From: a virus
IMG/VR virus record: IMGVR_UViG_3300019776_000961
Location: 129,221 to 193,220 of that record
Length of the DNA stretch: 64,000 bases
Strand: one strand, 5' to 3'
This document shows positions 48,274-56,481 of the stretch, piece by piece; positions within the stretch are counted from its first letter, which is position 1, and every line of letters begins with the position of its first letter. Both the position numbers and the translations under genes were made by a program. The notes below the pieces were generated by a model. The model was not told the DNA's origin, ran no database searches, and saw only the letters and a program-made list of their open reading frames with translations.

Positions 48274-49617
48274 ATGGCTAATCAAATTGTTAAGATTCTT
48301 TTTAGAAGTGGTACCGATCTACAGCGTAGAGAGGCTTTAGGTACTGGAATTACATTTACAAATGGTGAGCCAGCATGGGTTGTTGATACACAGCGCCTCT
48401 TCGTCGGTGACGGACAGACCACAGGTGGTATACCTGTTGATACCAAAAATTTCGGATCTATTGGTACGTTGTTTGGCAATTACGGTGGTACAGGTCTATC
48501 ACAAGAAGCATATTATACATTGACGGGCGCTGAAATTGGTGACTTTGTATACGATCGGTCAACACGCGGTATTTATGCACTTTCAAGTAAAAGCGCAGTA
48601 CCTCCTCTTGCTACTGATTTTGAAAATTACAGCTTCACTGTATTGATAAATCCTGAAGTCTTTTATTTTGACAATTTAAAGCAACTTCAAATTCAACAAG
48701 GTGGTATTATACCACAATATATTTCCCAAGGCTGTGTAGGTGGAGGGTTAGTAAAATATGATGCAAATGCACCTATTACTATTGCAGTAAACGGAGTTGA
48801 TAATTCATTGCTAGCAACCATGCCTGCTAATACTGTTAAATTAAATCCTAGCTTCAATACAAATAATGTAACAGACATGGTCGTAGGACCTGGTCAGTTC
48901 GTAGGCAGAACAGATATATCAACAGTAACAGCACTAGACTTTTCTGTACTACTTGCTCAAGCAAACTTCCAAGGCACGAACGGCGTTATAGTAAACAGAC
49001 CTACTGCAACATCAACTACTGTAAGTTTATGCTCTAACGTATTTTTATTAAATCCTACAGCAACAACTTTAAATATATTCCCTTCTACTACAATAAATTC
49101 GTCTCTTAGTGTAACAGGTAATATTAATAATATAGGAAGGATTACCGCTACTGATACGATTAGTGCGCGTGGTAATTTGTACGCTGGTGGTACATTAACC
49201 TGTGGTAATGTGACATGTGGTTCAGTCTTTACACAAGATAATGATATAACTACAGGAACAGGTAATGTATATACTAATAACATTTTTGCAAACGGTGATA
49301 TAACAGCGTTCTATACTTCAGATATACGTCTTAAGGATAACGTTAAACCAATTAATAATGCTCTGCATACACTTGATAACATCAACGGTTATACATTTAC
49401 CTGGAATGCATCAGCAAGTAACACCGGCGAAGATATCGGGTTAATTGCTCAAGAGATACAAAATACAATACCACAGGCTGTAAGTATTAAATCTAATGGT
49501 TATCTTGGTGTAGATTATCAACGTATTGTGCCGTATCTTGTATCATGCTTAAAAGAGCTAAAAATTGAAGTCGAATCACTAAGAGGTGAATTAAATGCAA
49601 TTCGAAGCAACAGTTAA
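48274..49617 (+). CDS. Tail fibre with Mtd_N-like N-terminus and C-terminal peptidase S74 chaperone
   Basis: GEPAWVVDTQRLFVGDG; SDIRLKDN...GYTFTW...GLIAQE...VDY..IVP.L...KEL. Confidence 0.85.
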   Translation: MANQIVKILFRSGTDLQRREALGTGITFTNGEPAWVVDTQRLFVGDGQTTGGIPVDTKNFGSIGTLFGNYGGTGLSQEAYYTLTGAEIGDFVYDRSTRGIYALSSKSAVPPLATDFENYSFTVLINPEVFYFDNLKQLQIQQGGIIPQYISQGCVGGGLVKYDANAPITIAVNGVDNSLLATMPANTVKLNPSFNTNNVTDMVVGPGQFVGRTDISTVTALDFSVLLAQANFQGTNGVIVNRPTATSTTVSLCSNVFLLNPTATTLNIFPSTTINSSLSVTGNINNIGRITATDTISARGNLYAGGTLTCGNVTCGSVFTQDNDITTGTGNVYTNNIFANGDITAFYTSDIRLKDNVKPINNALHTLDNINGYTFTWNASASNTGEDIGLIAQEIQNTIPQAVSIKSNGYLGVDYQRIVPYLVSCLKELKIEVESLRGELNAIRSNS

Positions 49618-49825
49618 AGAGCTTCTCGAAGGTTATAATGTATCGGGAAGAACTGGAGCACCTCCAGTGCCTGGTGATGCTGGTGATACGCGACAGTTAG
49701 GTGGAGCAGGCGGTACAGGCTATATAGGCAATACTCTTGAAACTATCACCATTGATGATAGACTTCTTAACAAGAAGAAGAGATTGAAATTACGACGTAA
49801 CAAGATTCGCAAGAGAGTCAGTTAA
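49595..49825 (+). CDS. Small hypothetical protein with leader
   Basis: MQFEATVKELLEG, Gly/Pro-rich middle, basic tail. Confidence 0.5.
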   Translation: MQFEATVKELLEGYNVSGRTGAPPVPGDAGDTRQLGGAGGTGYIGNTLETITIDDRLLNKKKRLKLRRNKIRKRVS

Positions 49826-50275
49826 ATTATCCCAAGGAAATTCTAACCATACACTACTGTCGAATATATCAACAAAGTGATCTGGTAACAAAGCTGTACC
49901 ATTCTTCACGTAGAGAGTACAAAATTGGGGGTGTATTTTATAACCAGCTAAATACCTTTTAATAAAAGCGAGTGTTGTGCCCTTATCAGAAAGATCATCA
50001 ACCACAAGTATATTCATATTTTTACTTGCTGCAAGAAAGTCACTATCAGGGTATTGATGTACGACGATATTATTCTGTGTTTTGTCATCACTATAACTTT
50101 GTATAGCGAAGTTCACGACCGTCTTTACGTTTAAATGATACGCAAGAAGTGCACCGGGTATACATCCACCACGACTTACTGTTATAATAGCGTCAATATC
50201 CTTTAATTGCTTAGAAAGCAATAATGTATCGGTAATTATTTTACCCCAAGAAATAACGGTCTTTTCGCTAGACAT
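49790..50275 (-). CDS. Type I phosphoribosyltransferase (purine salvage-like)
   Basis: VSRGG.IPG, ILVVDDLSDKGTTL, WLEFPWD; TATAAT 6 nt before ATG. Confidence 0.88.
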   Translation of the reverse strand: MSSEKTVISWGKIITDTLLLSKQLKDIDAIITVSRGGCIPGALLAYHLNVKTVVNFAIQSYSDDKTQNNIVVHQYPDSDFLAASKNMNILVVDDLSDKGTTLAFIKRYLAGYKIHPQFCTLYVKNGTALLPDHFVDIFDSSVWLEFPWDNLTDSLANLVTS

Positions 50276-50306
50276 GCCAACATTATAGAAAGAATATCGC
50301 TACTTT

Positions 50307-50582
50307 CTACTGTAAAATTTCATTAATGTCTTTTATTACGCTATTAAGCGTATGTAGAATTACAGCGTAATCTTCCTTCCGACCAACGGTACTTCTATTG
50401 GAACACTCCATTAATTTTTTTGCAATTACTGTCTTTAATGAACGATGTGTTTCTTCCGCTTGATTATAAACTTTTGAATATTCATTTGGCGTATACATAT
50501 AGGAATCTGTATTACGTGTAGTATTATTGATACCGAGTTTACTCTCATATATCATATAAATTGACTTCGATGCATCGTTCAC
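50307..50582 (-). CDS. Hypothetical protein with leader
   Basis: MNDASKSIYMIYES. Confidence 0.55.
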   Translation of the reverse strand: MNDASKSIYMIYESKLGINNTTRNTDSYMYTPNEYSKVYNQAEETHRSLKTVIAKKLMECSNRSTVGRKEDYAVILHTLNSVIKDINEILQ

Positions 50583-50597
50583 CTAATTATTTAATAA

Positions 50598-50843
50598 ATG
50601 CCTAAGAAAAAGAAAGAAATCATTGAGAAACTAATTAATGATCACGTACGCGAAACAACCTTAGATTATATAGTCAATACATATTATCTATATAAGGTTT
50701 GTGAGGGGTGTGATGCTGTACTATTATATGAGCGAGCCATATGCCCGCGCTGCAAGGCTTATAGATTTGAGAGCGGTAAAAAGATCATAAAGAAGCAAGT
50801 TGAACTCGCTAAACAAAAGAAGGATGTCTATTTCGATCTTTGA
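50598..50843 (+). CDS. Zn-ribbon protein
   Basis: YKVCEGCD...CPRCKAYRF. Confidence 0.65.
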   Translation: MPKKKKEIIEKLINDHVRETTLDYIVNTYYLYKVCEGCDAVLLYERAICPRCKAYRFESGKKIIKKQVELAKQKKDVYFDL

Positions 50844-50992
50844 GCTTCCTCATCCACAAAATGATTGAGCTTTGTAGATAGGTATTTGACTCTATTCATA
50901 GCGAGAGTCTTTTCACTACCTTTAAGTTTTTTAGCAGCAAGATATTCATCAATAACATAATCAGCTGTTACTTTGACGTTCTTCTTTTTCAT
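50828..50992 (-). CDS. 54-aa basic hypothetical protein (below the ORF-track cutoff)
   Basis: Own translation MKKKNVKVTADYVIDEYLAAKKLKGSEKTLAMNRVKYLSTKLNHFVDEEAQRSK. Confidence 0.45.
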   Translation of the reverse strand: MKKKNVKVTADYVIDEYLAAKKLKGSEKTLAMNRVKYLSTKLNHFVDEEAQRSK

Positions 50993-51023
50993 GGCAAAAT
51001 AATTAATCAGCGTATTAATTTCT

Positions 51024-51398
51024 TCAACCTTTATAGGTTAATTTAGTTTTAGGATCTACATCCATCTCTGCTGCAACAAGCATATATTTGAGAGTACTAA
51101 AAGCTACTTCATACTCTTCTTTATCTATAATACCTTCCTTAAAAGCATCAGCAAGGCTATCAGAGGTTTCTACAACATAGTTCTTTACAAACTGTAATGT
51201 ACTGTAGGGAGTATCTTCTGCATACTTTGCTACAAGATTTTTAACAAGTTTGGTATCATGTGGACTTTCATTACCCTCATGAAGGTTATCTTGTAAATCA
51301 CTTACGTATGAGTCTTCACGCTTTTTATGAAAATCTTTAAGCTGCTGTCTAAGATCATCAAACATCCGCTCATGAATGATTTCTGCGGATAGTTTCAT
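51024..51398 (-). CDS. Hypothetical protein
   Basis: 124-aa ORF in a co-directional run. Confidence 0.6.
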   Translation of the reverse strand: MKLSAEIIHERMFDDLRQQLKDFHKKREDSYVSDLQDNLHEGNESPHDTKLVKNLVAKYAEDTPYSTLQFVKNYVVETSDSLADAFKEGIIDKEEYEVAFSTLKYMLVAAEMDVDPKTKLTYKG

Positions 51399-51406
51399 AT
51401 ACTTTC

Positions 51407-51727
51407 TTACTTCTTTCTATGAAGTCTGTTGCTTGTACGGATCTCTTTAAGAACAAGATCTTTTAGTGCATCTGTAGCGCACATATTATTAAGAAGTTCT
51501 ACTATTAAAATTGCAGCCATTCTTGCCTGAAATGGTGTATGAATAAAAGGAAGTCTTATCCAGTCCTTTATATCTTTCTTTGGCTGCTCTACTGCCTTCT
51601 GCTCATTTTGACTACCAATAGGTGTACCGAGTACAGGTGATTGTGTAGTTGCGACAGTAGCACCTGGTACAGTTACTTCCTGTACGAATGTATAAGCATC
51701 AGCAATATATCTACTATCTTTTAACAT
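51407..51727 (-). CDS. Hypothetical late protein, D-x2-[LI]-x2-AY leader family
   Basis: MLKDSRYIADAY; AATAAATA 7 nt upstream. Confidence 0.65.
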   Translation of the reverse strand: MLKDSRYIADAYTFVQEVTVPGATVATTQSPVLGTPIGSQNEQKAVEQPKKDIKDWIRLPFIHTPFQARMAAILIVELLNNMCATDALKDLVLKEIRTSNRLHRKK

Positions 51728-51756
51728 ATATTAATATTTATTCAACAAATGTTACT

Positions 51757-52170
51757 TTATATCTGTCGACCACGTGGTACAGGAATTAAAGCAGGTATTG
51801 TACCCGGTGCTGCTTCATCAGAAGTATAAATCGTATCACCAATTTTTGTTATGTTCGAAGTAACAAAGCGCTGATTGTTATTATGTTTGATAAGCTCGCG
51901 TATTCTTGATGCATGTTCCTCAAGATCACTAATATTAAAAATCATATTTTTATCACCGCTAAAAACTTTAGAACCCTGAGGCGGCTGTTGCAGTTTAGAT
52001 GGCTGCGCTGTACCCTCTGGTGGTATGACCGAAGTAGGTGTAACTGGCTCTGCTTGCTTTGCAGTTTCAGATTGATCATTACTCTGACCCATCATGTCAT
52101 TCTCAACAACCGGCTTATACATATCGTTATAAGCCTTAGCAAGATAAATTTTGTCTCTTAAGCCTATCAT
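51757..52170 (-). CDS. Hypothetical protein, leader family
   Basis: RDKIYLAKAY...VVE. Confidence 0.6.
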   Translation of the reverse strand: MIGLRDKIYLAKAYNDMYKPVVENDMMGQSNDQSETAKQAEPVTPTSVIPPEGTAQPSKLQQPPQGSKVFSGDKNMIFNISDLEEHASRIRELIKHNNNQRFVTSNITKIGDTIYTSDEAAPGTIPALIPVPRGRQI

Positions 52171-52694
52171 TGTTTTAAAAGGCGATCACTTGAATAGTCG
52201 TATTGATTTAAACGACCAACGTTAACAGAGCTTCCGATATCAGTAATGTATTTGTCATCCTGTGGTGGAAATATAACCTTTGGCCCGCGTTTTGGATAAT
52301 ACTTGATAACATAATCAAATGTAAAATCTTTACCCTTACTACCAAACTTATTTGGTACCACACTACTATTTGGACCTGATTGATTTACCTGATCGGGTCC
52401 TGAACGCATACGTACAAGAACCTTACCTGGTGCTACAATCTTTTGTATCTCACCATATGCGGATATCTTCTGATTATAACCTTCAGGTTGATATATTACA
52501 TTTACATATTTTGTACCCGTCTGATACTTAAAAATCTTTTCGTCATGCTCAATCTGATCGACATCATTTTGTTCTTTTTCGAGATCTTCATGCTCTTGGG
52601 CACCAGCGCGTATATCTTCATCTCTAAAATCAGCATCTGACTCAAGATATATTCTTGAATAAGCTTCAGCAATAAGGTGTAAATCGTTTTTCAT
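52167..52694 (-). CDS. Hypothetical protein, leader family
   Basis: MKNDLHLIAEAY...YLE. Confidence 0.65.
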   Translation of the reverse strand: MKNDLHLIAEAYSRIYLESDADFRDEDIRAGAQEHEDLEKEQNDVDQIEHDEKIFKYQTGTKYVNVIYQPEGYNQKISAYGEIQKIVAPGKVLVRMRSGPDQVNQSGPNSSVVPNKFGSKGKDFTFDYVIKYYPKRGPKVIFPPQDDKYITDIGSSVNVGRLNQYDYSSDRLLKQ

Positions 52695-52695
52695 A

Positions 52696-53466
52696 TTATG
52701 AAAGCCCGTTAATAATAACTTTATTTAAACCTTCTTTATGAGCTAGCTCAAATGCTGCATTAACAGCTGCACTATTGTAGTATGACTCACCACCCCAATT
52801 ATACCAGAGTATACCGGTTTCTGGGTCCTGGGCGTTAGTTATAGATGGTCCGCGATCAGCGCGATCCTCACTATACTCCTCATGAGCCTGTAAGCAGTGG
52901 GCTTCATAAGCACTAACTGCATCCTGTACCTTGCTATCAAAATAGCTATACCCCATGTTATCTAACATACTATAAATAACACTAGAATAGATACCAACAA
53001 TACCTGGGTAGTATCTAGACTCTTCACCCTTTGTCTTAAAAGCATCTTCAACAATACGGTGAATATCATTTGCTGTTAGGGGCTTATTTGCCTCTTCTGC
53101 GTTCTCACCTCTTGCATTACGTTCCTTCATACTATTCCATGTACGGAGGGTATTAGCAAGGTGAACGGCAACCTCGGCAACAGAATATTCTTTATATGGA
53201 AACCTTTGCTTACCGACACCAATTTGATGATTACTTACGTCTTGGTGCTCTTCATAGAGACCATTCTTTAGATCATCTGCGTCTGTAGGCTTATATCTTT
53301 CAATCACCTGGATAATAGCATCTTTAACATCTTGAACTGAGCAATTGCTCTTATATTTTTCAAGAGCTGCTTGAATCTCTTCATCAGATGGTATCAATGT
53401 ACCTTCTGCGTTTTCTGTTAGCTTCTTTTTATAAGCTTCAAAAATTAAATGTATATCTTTATTCAT
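52696..53466 (-). CDS. Hypothetical protein, leader family
   Basis: MNKDIHLIFEAYKKKLTENAE. Confidence 0.7.
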   Translation of the reverse strand: MNKDIHLIFEAYKKKLTENAEGTLIPSDEEIQAALEKYKSNCSVQDVKDAIIQVIERYKPTDADDLKNGLYEEHQDVSNHQIGVGKQRFPYKEYSVAEVAVHLANTLRTWNSMKERNARGENAEEANKPLTANDIHRIVEDAFKTKGEESRYYPGIVGIYSSVIYSMLDNMGYSYFDSKVQDAVSAYEAHCLQAHEEYSEDRADRGPSITNAQDPETGILWYNWGGESYYNSAAVNAAFELAHKEGLNKVIINGLS

Positions 53467-53804
53467 TATACAACACCTGGTTGAATTGATCCATCACCCT
53501 CTATACCAACCCCGCACTCATCATCAGCGCCTGGAACTTCTTCGTTCTCCGGATGACGAGCATGAGCTGATTCAGCACCGTCATTCCAGACAGTCTGACA
53601 CCATTGATGAAAATCTTCCTCTGTCCATGCACCTTCTTTTACAGCGTGATATGCATCCCAGAATGGATAATTATGAAAGCTAATGTCTTTTTTAGCCTGG
53701 TCGTATTCAGCTACCTCCTTAGGATCGAGACCGAGTTCTGTCTCAGCATTTTCGGTAATAGCTTTTTTATAAGCCTCAAATAAAAGATGGATATCTTTGT
53801 TCAT
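53466..53804 (-). CDS. Hypothetical protein, leader family
   Basis: MNKDIHLLFEAYKKAITENAE. Confidence 0.7.
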   Translation of the reverse strand: MNKDIHLLFEAYKKAITENAETELGLDPKEVAEYDQAKKDISFHNYPFWDAYHAVKEGAWTEEDFHQWCQTVWNDGAESAHARHPENEEVPGADDECGVGIEGDGSIQPGVV

Positions 53805-53860
53805 AAATTATCATAAGTATTTATTTCTCCACCTACCTAATTAAATAAATTTATTAATAT

Positions 53861-54898
53861 ATGTTATCTTTTAGTCAATACCTTACCGAAGCTGTAGCAC
53901 CTAATAAAGGCGATGTTTTTGAATTTGTCTTCGCAGCAGCCTGTATCGCCTATATCCTTAACCCAGGTAGTGTTACTACTAAGCAAGTATCAACAATCAT
54001 GGACAACTACTTCCAGAAGAAGTATACATATAAGTCAGGTGATAAAACAATAACATTTAATACTGCAAAACTTCCAGAGGCTGCTCTTCTTGCCCTACAG
54101 AATCAAAAATATAGAAATTCACCAGAGGTTAATCAGATTAAGGATTCGGCAATTCATTCCGTAACATCTGCATCAACCATACTCGATGAGGTTAATGAGA
54201 TGAAAGGCAATATTGCTGTAGCACCAATTGGTACTTCAGATCAATCAGGTACAAAGTCAGACGTTGATATTTTAGTTGATAACAAGGTTGTGAAGAGAAT
54301 CTCATTAAAGTACGGTTCAAAGACATTTGGTCAATGGGCAGGGACTGATGTTGCAGTTCAAATTAAAGAGGCATTAGCTAATATTGGTATTAAAGTAACC
54401 CCTCAAGACCTCTCCGTCCTCGATCCAAAGACATTAAAGCTAGTTGGTATCTATACCGATAGAAATGATCCTAACTATACAACCAATGATAAGCTTAAGC
54501 TCTTCAAGGCCGTACAATCAATATTTGATAAGATCCAGAGTAAGAAACCAAACCCACAAGTCATTAATGATGGTTTTCGGGCCGCTGTACAAGGTGAGGA
54601 GCCAGATATTATAGCAATATCGGCAGCAGGAAAGGCGGTACAAATCTTTGATCCTAAGTTCTTCAGTAAGTTTGAAACCGGTCTTAAGAGCTCAGTGCTT
54701 GATTGGGAGACAGAGAGTGAGGGTGGGAACCCATCATTAGTACTTCGTGCTCACTCCAGGAAGGATAACAAGTCATATAAGCTATTCAAGATCCGTTTTA
54801 GATTTGACGCCGATGCTAAGAAGGATGGTTATAAGCTCCGTACACGCACCTATCTGGAGATCTACCCGGAGATTAACAAATTTATTTCTCAATTCTAG
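53861..54898 (+). CDS. Putative PD-(D/E)xK nuclease-like late protein
   Basis: Leader MLSFSQYLTE; KGDVFE...KSDV...ISLK pattern. Confidence 0.5.
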   Translation: MLSFSQYLTEAVAPNKGDVFEFVFAAACIAYILNPGSVTTKQVSTIMDNYFQKKYTYKSGDKTITFNTAKLPEAALLALQNQKYRNSPEVNQIKDSAIHSVTSASTILDEVNEMKGNIAVAPIGTSDQSGTKSDVDILVDNKVVKRISLKYGSKTFGQWAGTDVAVQIKEALANIGIKVTPQDLSVLDPKTLKLVGIYTDRNDPNYTTNDKLKLFKAVQSIFDKIQSKKPNPQVINDGFRAAVQGEEPDIIAISAAGKAVQIFDPKFFSKFETGLKSSVLDWETESEGGNPSLVLRAHSRKDNKSYKLFKIRFRFDADAKKDGYKLRTRTYLEIYPEINKFISQF

Positions 54899-55012
54899 GA
54901 GTTCCCCTACACACGCCCGGCTCCCGAGCCTTGCGCCTGGAACGAGGAGGAATACTGATTGTTCCGATAGTACATCCGGTAAATCAGTAACTCCTTTAAT
55001 CAGAAGAAGTTA

Positions 55013-55255
55013 TTAGTTTTCTCTTACGTGCCCTTTAGCCAGTTTAGAACGCTTATACCAGACACACCACCCACGAGGTGAGATCGAGCCCTTGACGGCG
55101 GTACACTGATTAGGGGCACGAAACATGGTACAGTTCTGACAGATCTGACCATTACGAGGACGGGCTTGGTATTCAGCGTCTTCTTTAGAGTGCTTGGGGT
55201 GGTGCCTATAAGCTCTCTTCTCTAATAAAAATTCTACTATACGGTTAAAGATCAT
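55013..55255 (-). CDS. High-potential iron-sulfur protein (HiPIP)-like
   Basis: AEYQ..P...QICQNCTMF...CTAVKGSISPRGWCVWY: four Cys in HiPIP spacing with GWC. Confidence 0.8.
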   Translation of the reverse strand: MIFNRIVEFLLEKRAYRHHPKHSKEDAEYQARPRNGQICQNCTMFRAPNQCTAVKGSISPRGWCVWYKRSKLAKGHVREN

Positions 55256-55707
55256 TCTTTTTCAGCCTCAATTTCTTTTTGGGTCTCTACCTTTAAAGCA
55301 GAGGTTCTATCAATAAAGACTTCCTTTATATTCTTTACCTTAAGAACGGAATTAACAAAGTCAATTACCTTCTTCTTCGAGAACGCATTACAGGAAAAGA
55401 TATCTACCTGCATTAAAGGAGGCTTAGACTTATTCCAGGTATGGACGGAGATATGGGAGCTAGTAATAATAGCAAAACAGGACCAGCCTTCGGTTTCAGG
55501 GTACGGTAAATGGATAGCCTTTGGTCCATAGACAATCTTCATTCCAATCTCGGTAGCTAGATCATCGACAAAGCTAATGAGGTCTTCTGCCTTATTAGGC
55601 ATCTCCTCAAGCTCCAAACGTATAATAAGGTGGTAGTGCGGACGATCATCCTCCTCCACAATCAATTTAGTATAGGCTTCATTAAGAAGCTCAATATCCT
55701 TATTCAC
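55252..55707 (-). CDS. speD: S-adenosylmethionine decarboxylase-like pyruvoyl enzyme
   Basis: GWSCFAIITSSHISVHTW...QVDIFSC; carries leader MNKDIELLNEAY. Confidence 0.75.
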   Translation of the reverse strand: MNKDIELLNEAYTKLIVEEDDRPHYHLIIRLELEEMPNKAEDLISFVDDLATEIGMKIVYGPKAIHLPYPETEGWSCFAIITSSHISVHTWNKSKPPLMQVDIFSCNAFSKKKVIDFVNSVLKVKNIKEVFIDRTSALKVETQKEIEAEKE

Positions 55708-55715
55708 ATAGGTAC

Positions 55716-55988
55716 TTATCCCCCGGCAATAGCCGGAACAATAGATACCTCATCCTTTTCGCTTATACACGCATCGGTTCCCGCCCCGAACCGGATATCC
55801 TCTCCGTTCACGTATATATTAATAAACCGGTTAATTGAGTCATCGGAAGCACAGATTCGTTCCTTCATACCAGGGTAACCAAATTCTAGATTCTCAATAA
55901 GCTCTCTAATGGTTCCGGCTTCACAGAAAACAGTATCAGCTCCATTGGTTAGCTTACGTAAAGGAACGGGAATTAATACAGTAGCCAT
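55716..55988 (-). CDS. MoaD/ThiS ubiquitin-like protein
   Basis: VLIPVPLRKLT, INIYVNGEDIR, EVSIVPAIAGG (C-terminal GG). Confidence 0.88.
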   Translation of the reverse strand: MATVLIPVPLRKLTNGADTVFCEAGTIRELIENLEFGYPGMKERICASDDSINRFINIYVNGEDIRFGAGTDACISEKDEVSIVPAIAGG

Positions 55989-55989
55989 A

Positions 55990-56271
55990 TTAAGATACTA
56001 CCTCCCATTCCTTCCCTAGATATCCCATACTATATTGACCCCAGAACCCAGATTCACTACCGGACTTCTTATAGATATCAAAGAGTTCCTTTTCATACTG
56101 TTTGAATGCATGGTGACCGGGAATAACAATACAAAACAGTTTTTCCTGGAACATAGCCTTAAGAATCTTAATGCTCTGAATACTATATGATTCAATCTTC
56201 TCCTTAATACCAGGAACAATATCAGATACAAAGATACAATAGCTTTGTTGGAATAACTCAGATTTAAGCAT
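55990..56271 (-). CDS. Hypothetical protein
   Basis: 93-aa ORF ending 1 nt before the MoaD-like start. Confidence 0.5.
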   Translation of the reverse strand: MLKSELFQQSYCIFVSDIVPGIKEKIESYSIQSIKILKAMFQEKLFCIVIPGHHAFKQYEKELFDIYKKSGSESGFWGQYSMGYLGKEWEVVS

Positions 56272-56300
56272 ATCTCTAATATAGATACAAGATTATCTAA

Positions 56301-56329
56301 TTGCAATGGTGAAATGATGTAGATATAAT
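56301..56329 (+). promoter_or_regulatory. sigma70-type promoter
   Basis: TTGCAA-17 nt-TATAAT, 9 nt before ATG 56339. Confidence 0.7.
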
Positions 56330-56338
56330 ACTACGTAT

Positions 56339-56476
56339 ATGGCAACACAAAAGACTAAAAACAATATCGTATCTAACGGCTCAAGAGGGGCTCAGAAGTT
56401 CATGGCCGCCTATCACCGGAATGCTGGTATTAAATCGAGGGCCCAGAGATCGGATGCCGGTAAGAAGAGGAAGTAA
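56339..56476 (+). CDS. 45-aa basic peptide (below the ORF-track cutoff)
   Basis: MATQKTKNNIVSNGSRGAQKFMAAYHRNAGIKSRAQRSDAGKKRK behind a near-consensus promoter. Confidence 0.55.
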   Translation: MATQKTKNNIVSNGSRGAQKFMAAYHRNAGIKSRAQRSDAGKKRK

Positions 56477-56481
56477 GCTAA

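Noticed and set aside
48274-49617. Diversity-generating retroelement suggested by the Mtd_N-like N-terminus
   Set aside because: No reverse transcriptase, no TR/VR repeat pair and no C-type lectin C-terminus were seen; the protein ends in an S74 chaperone.
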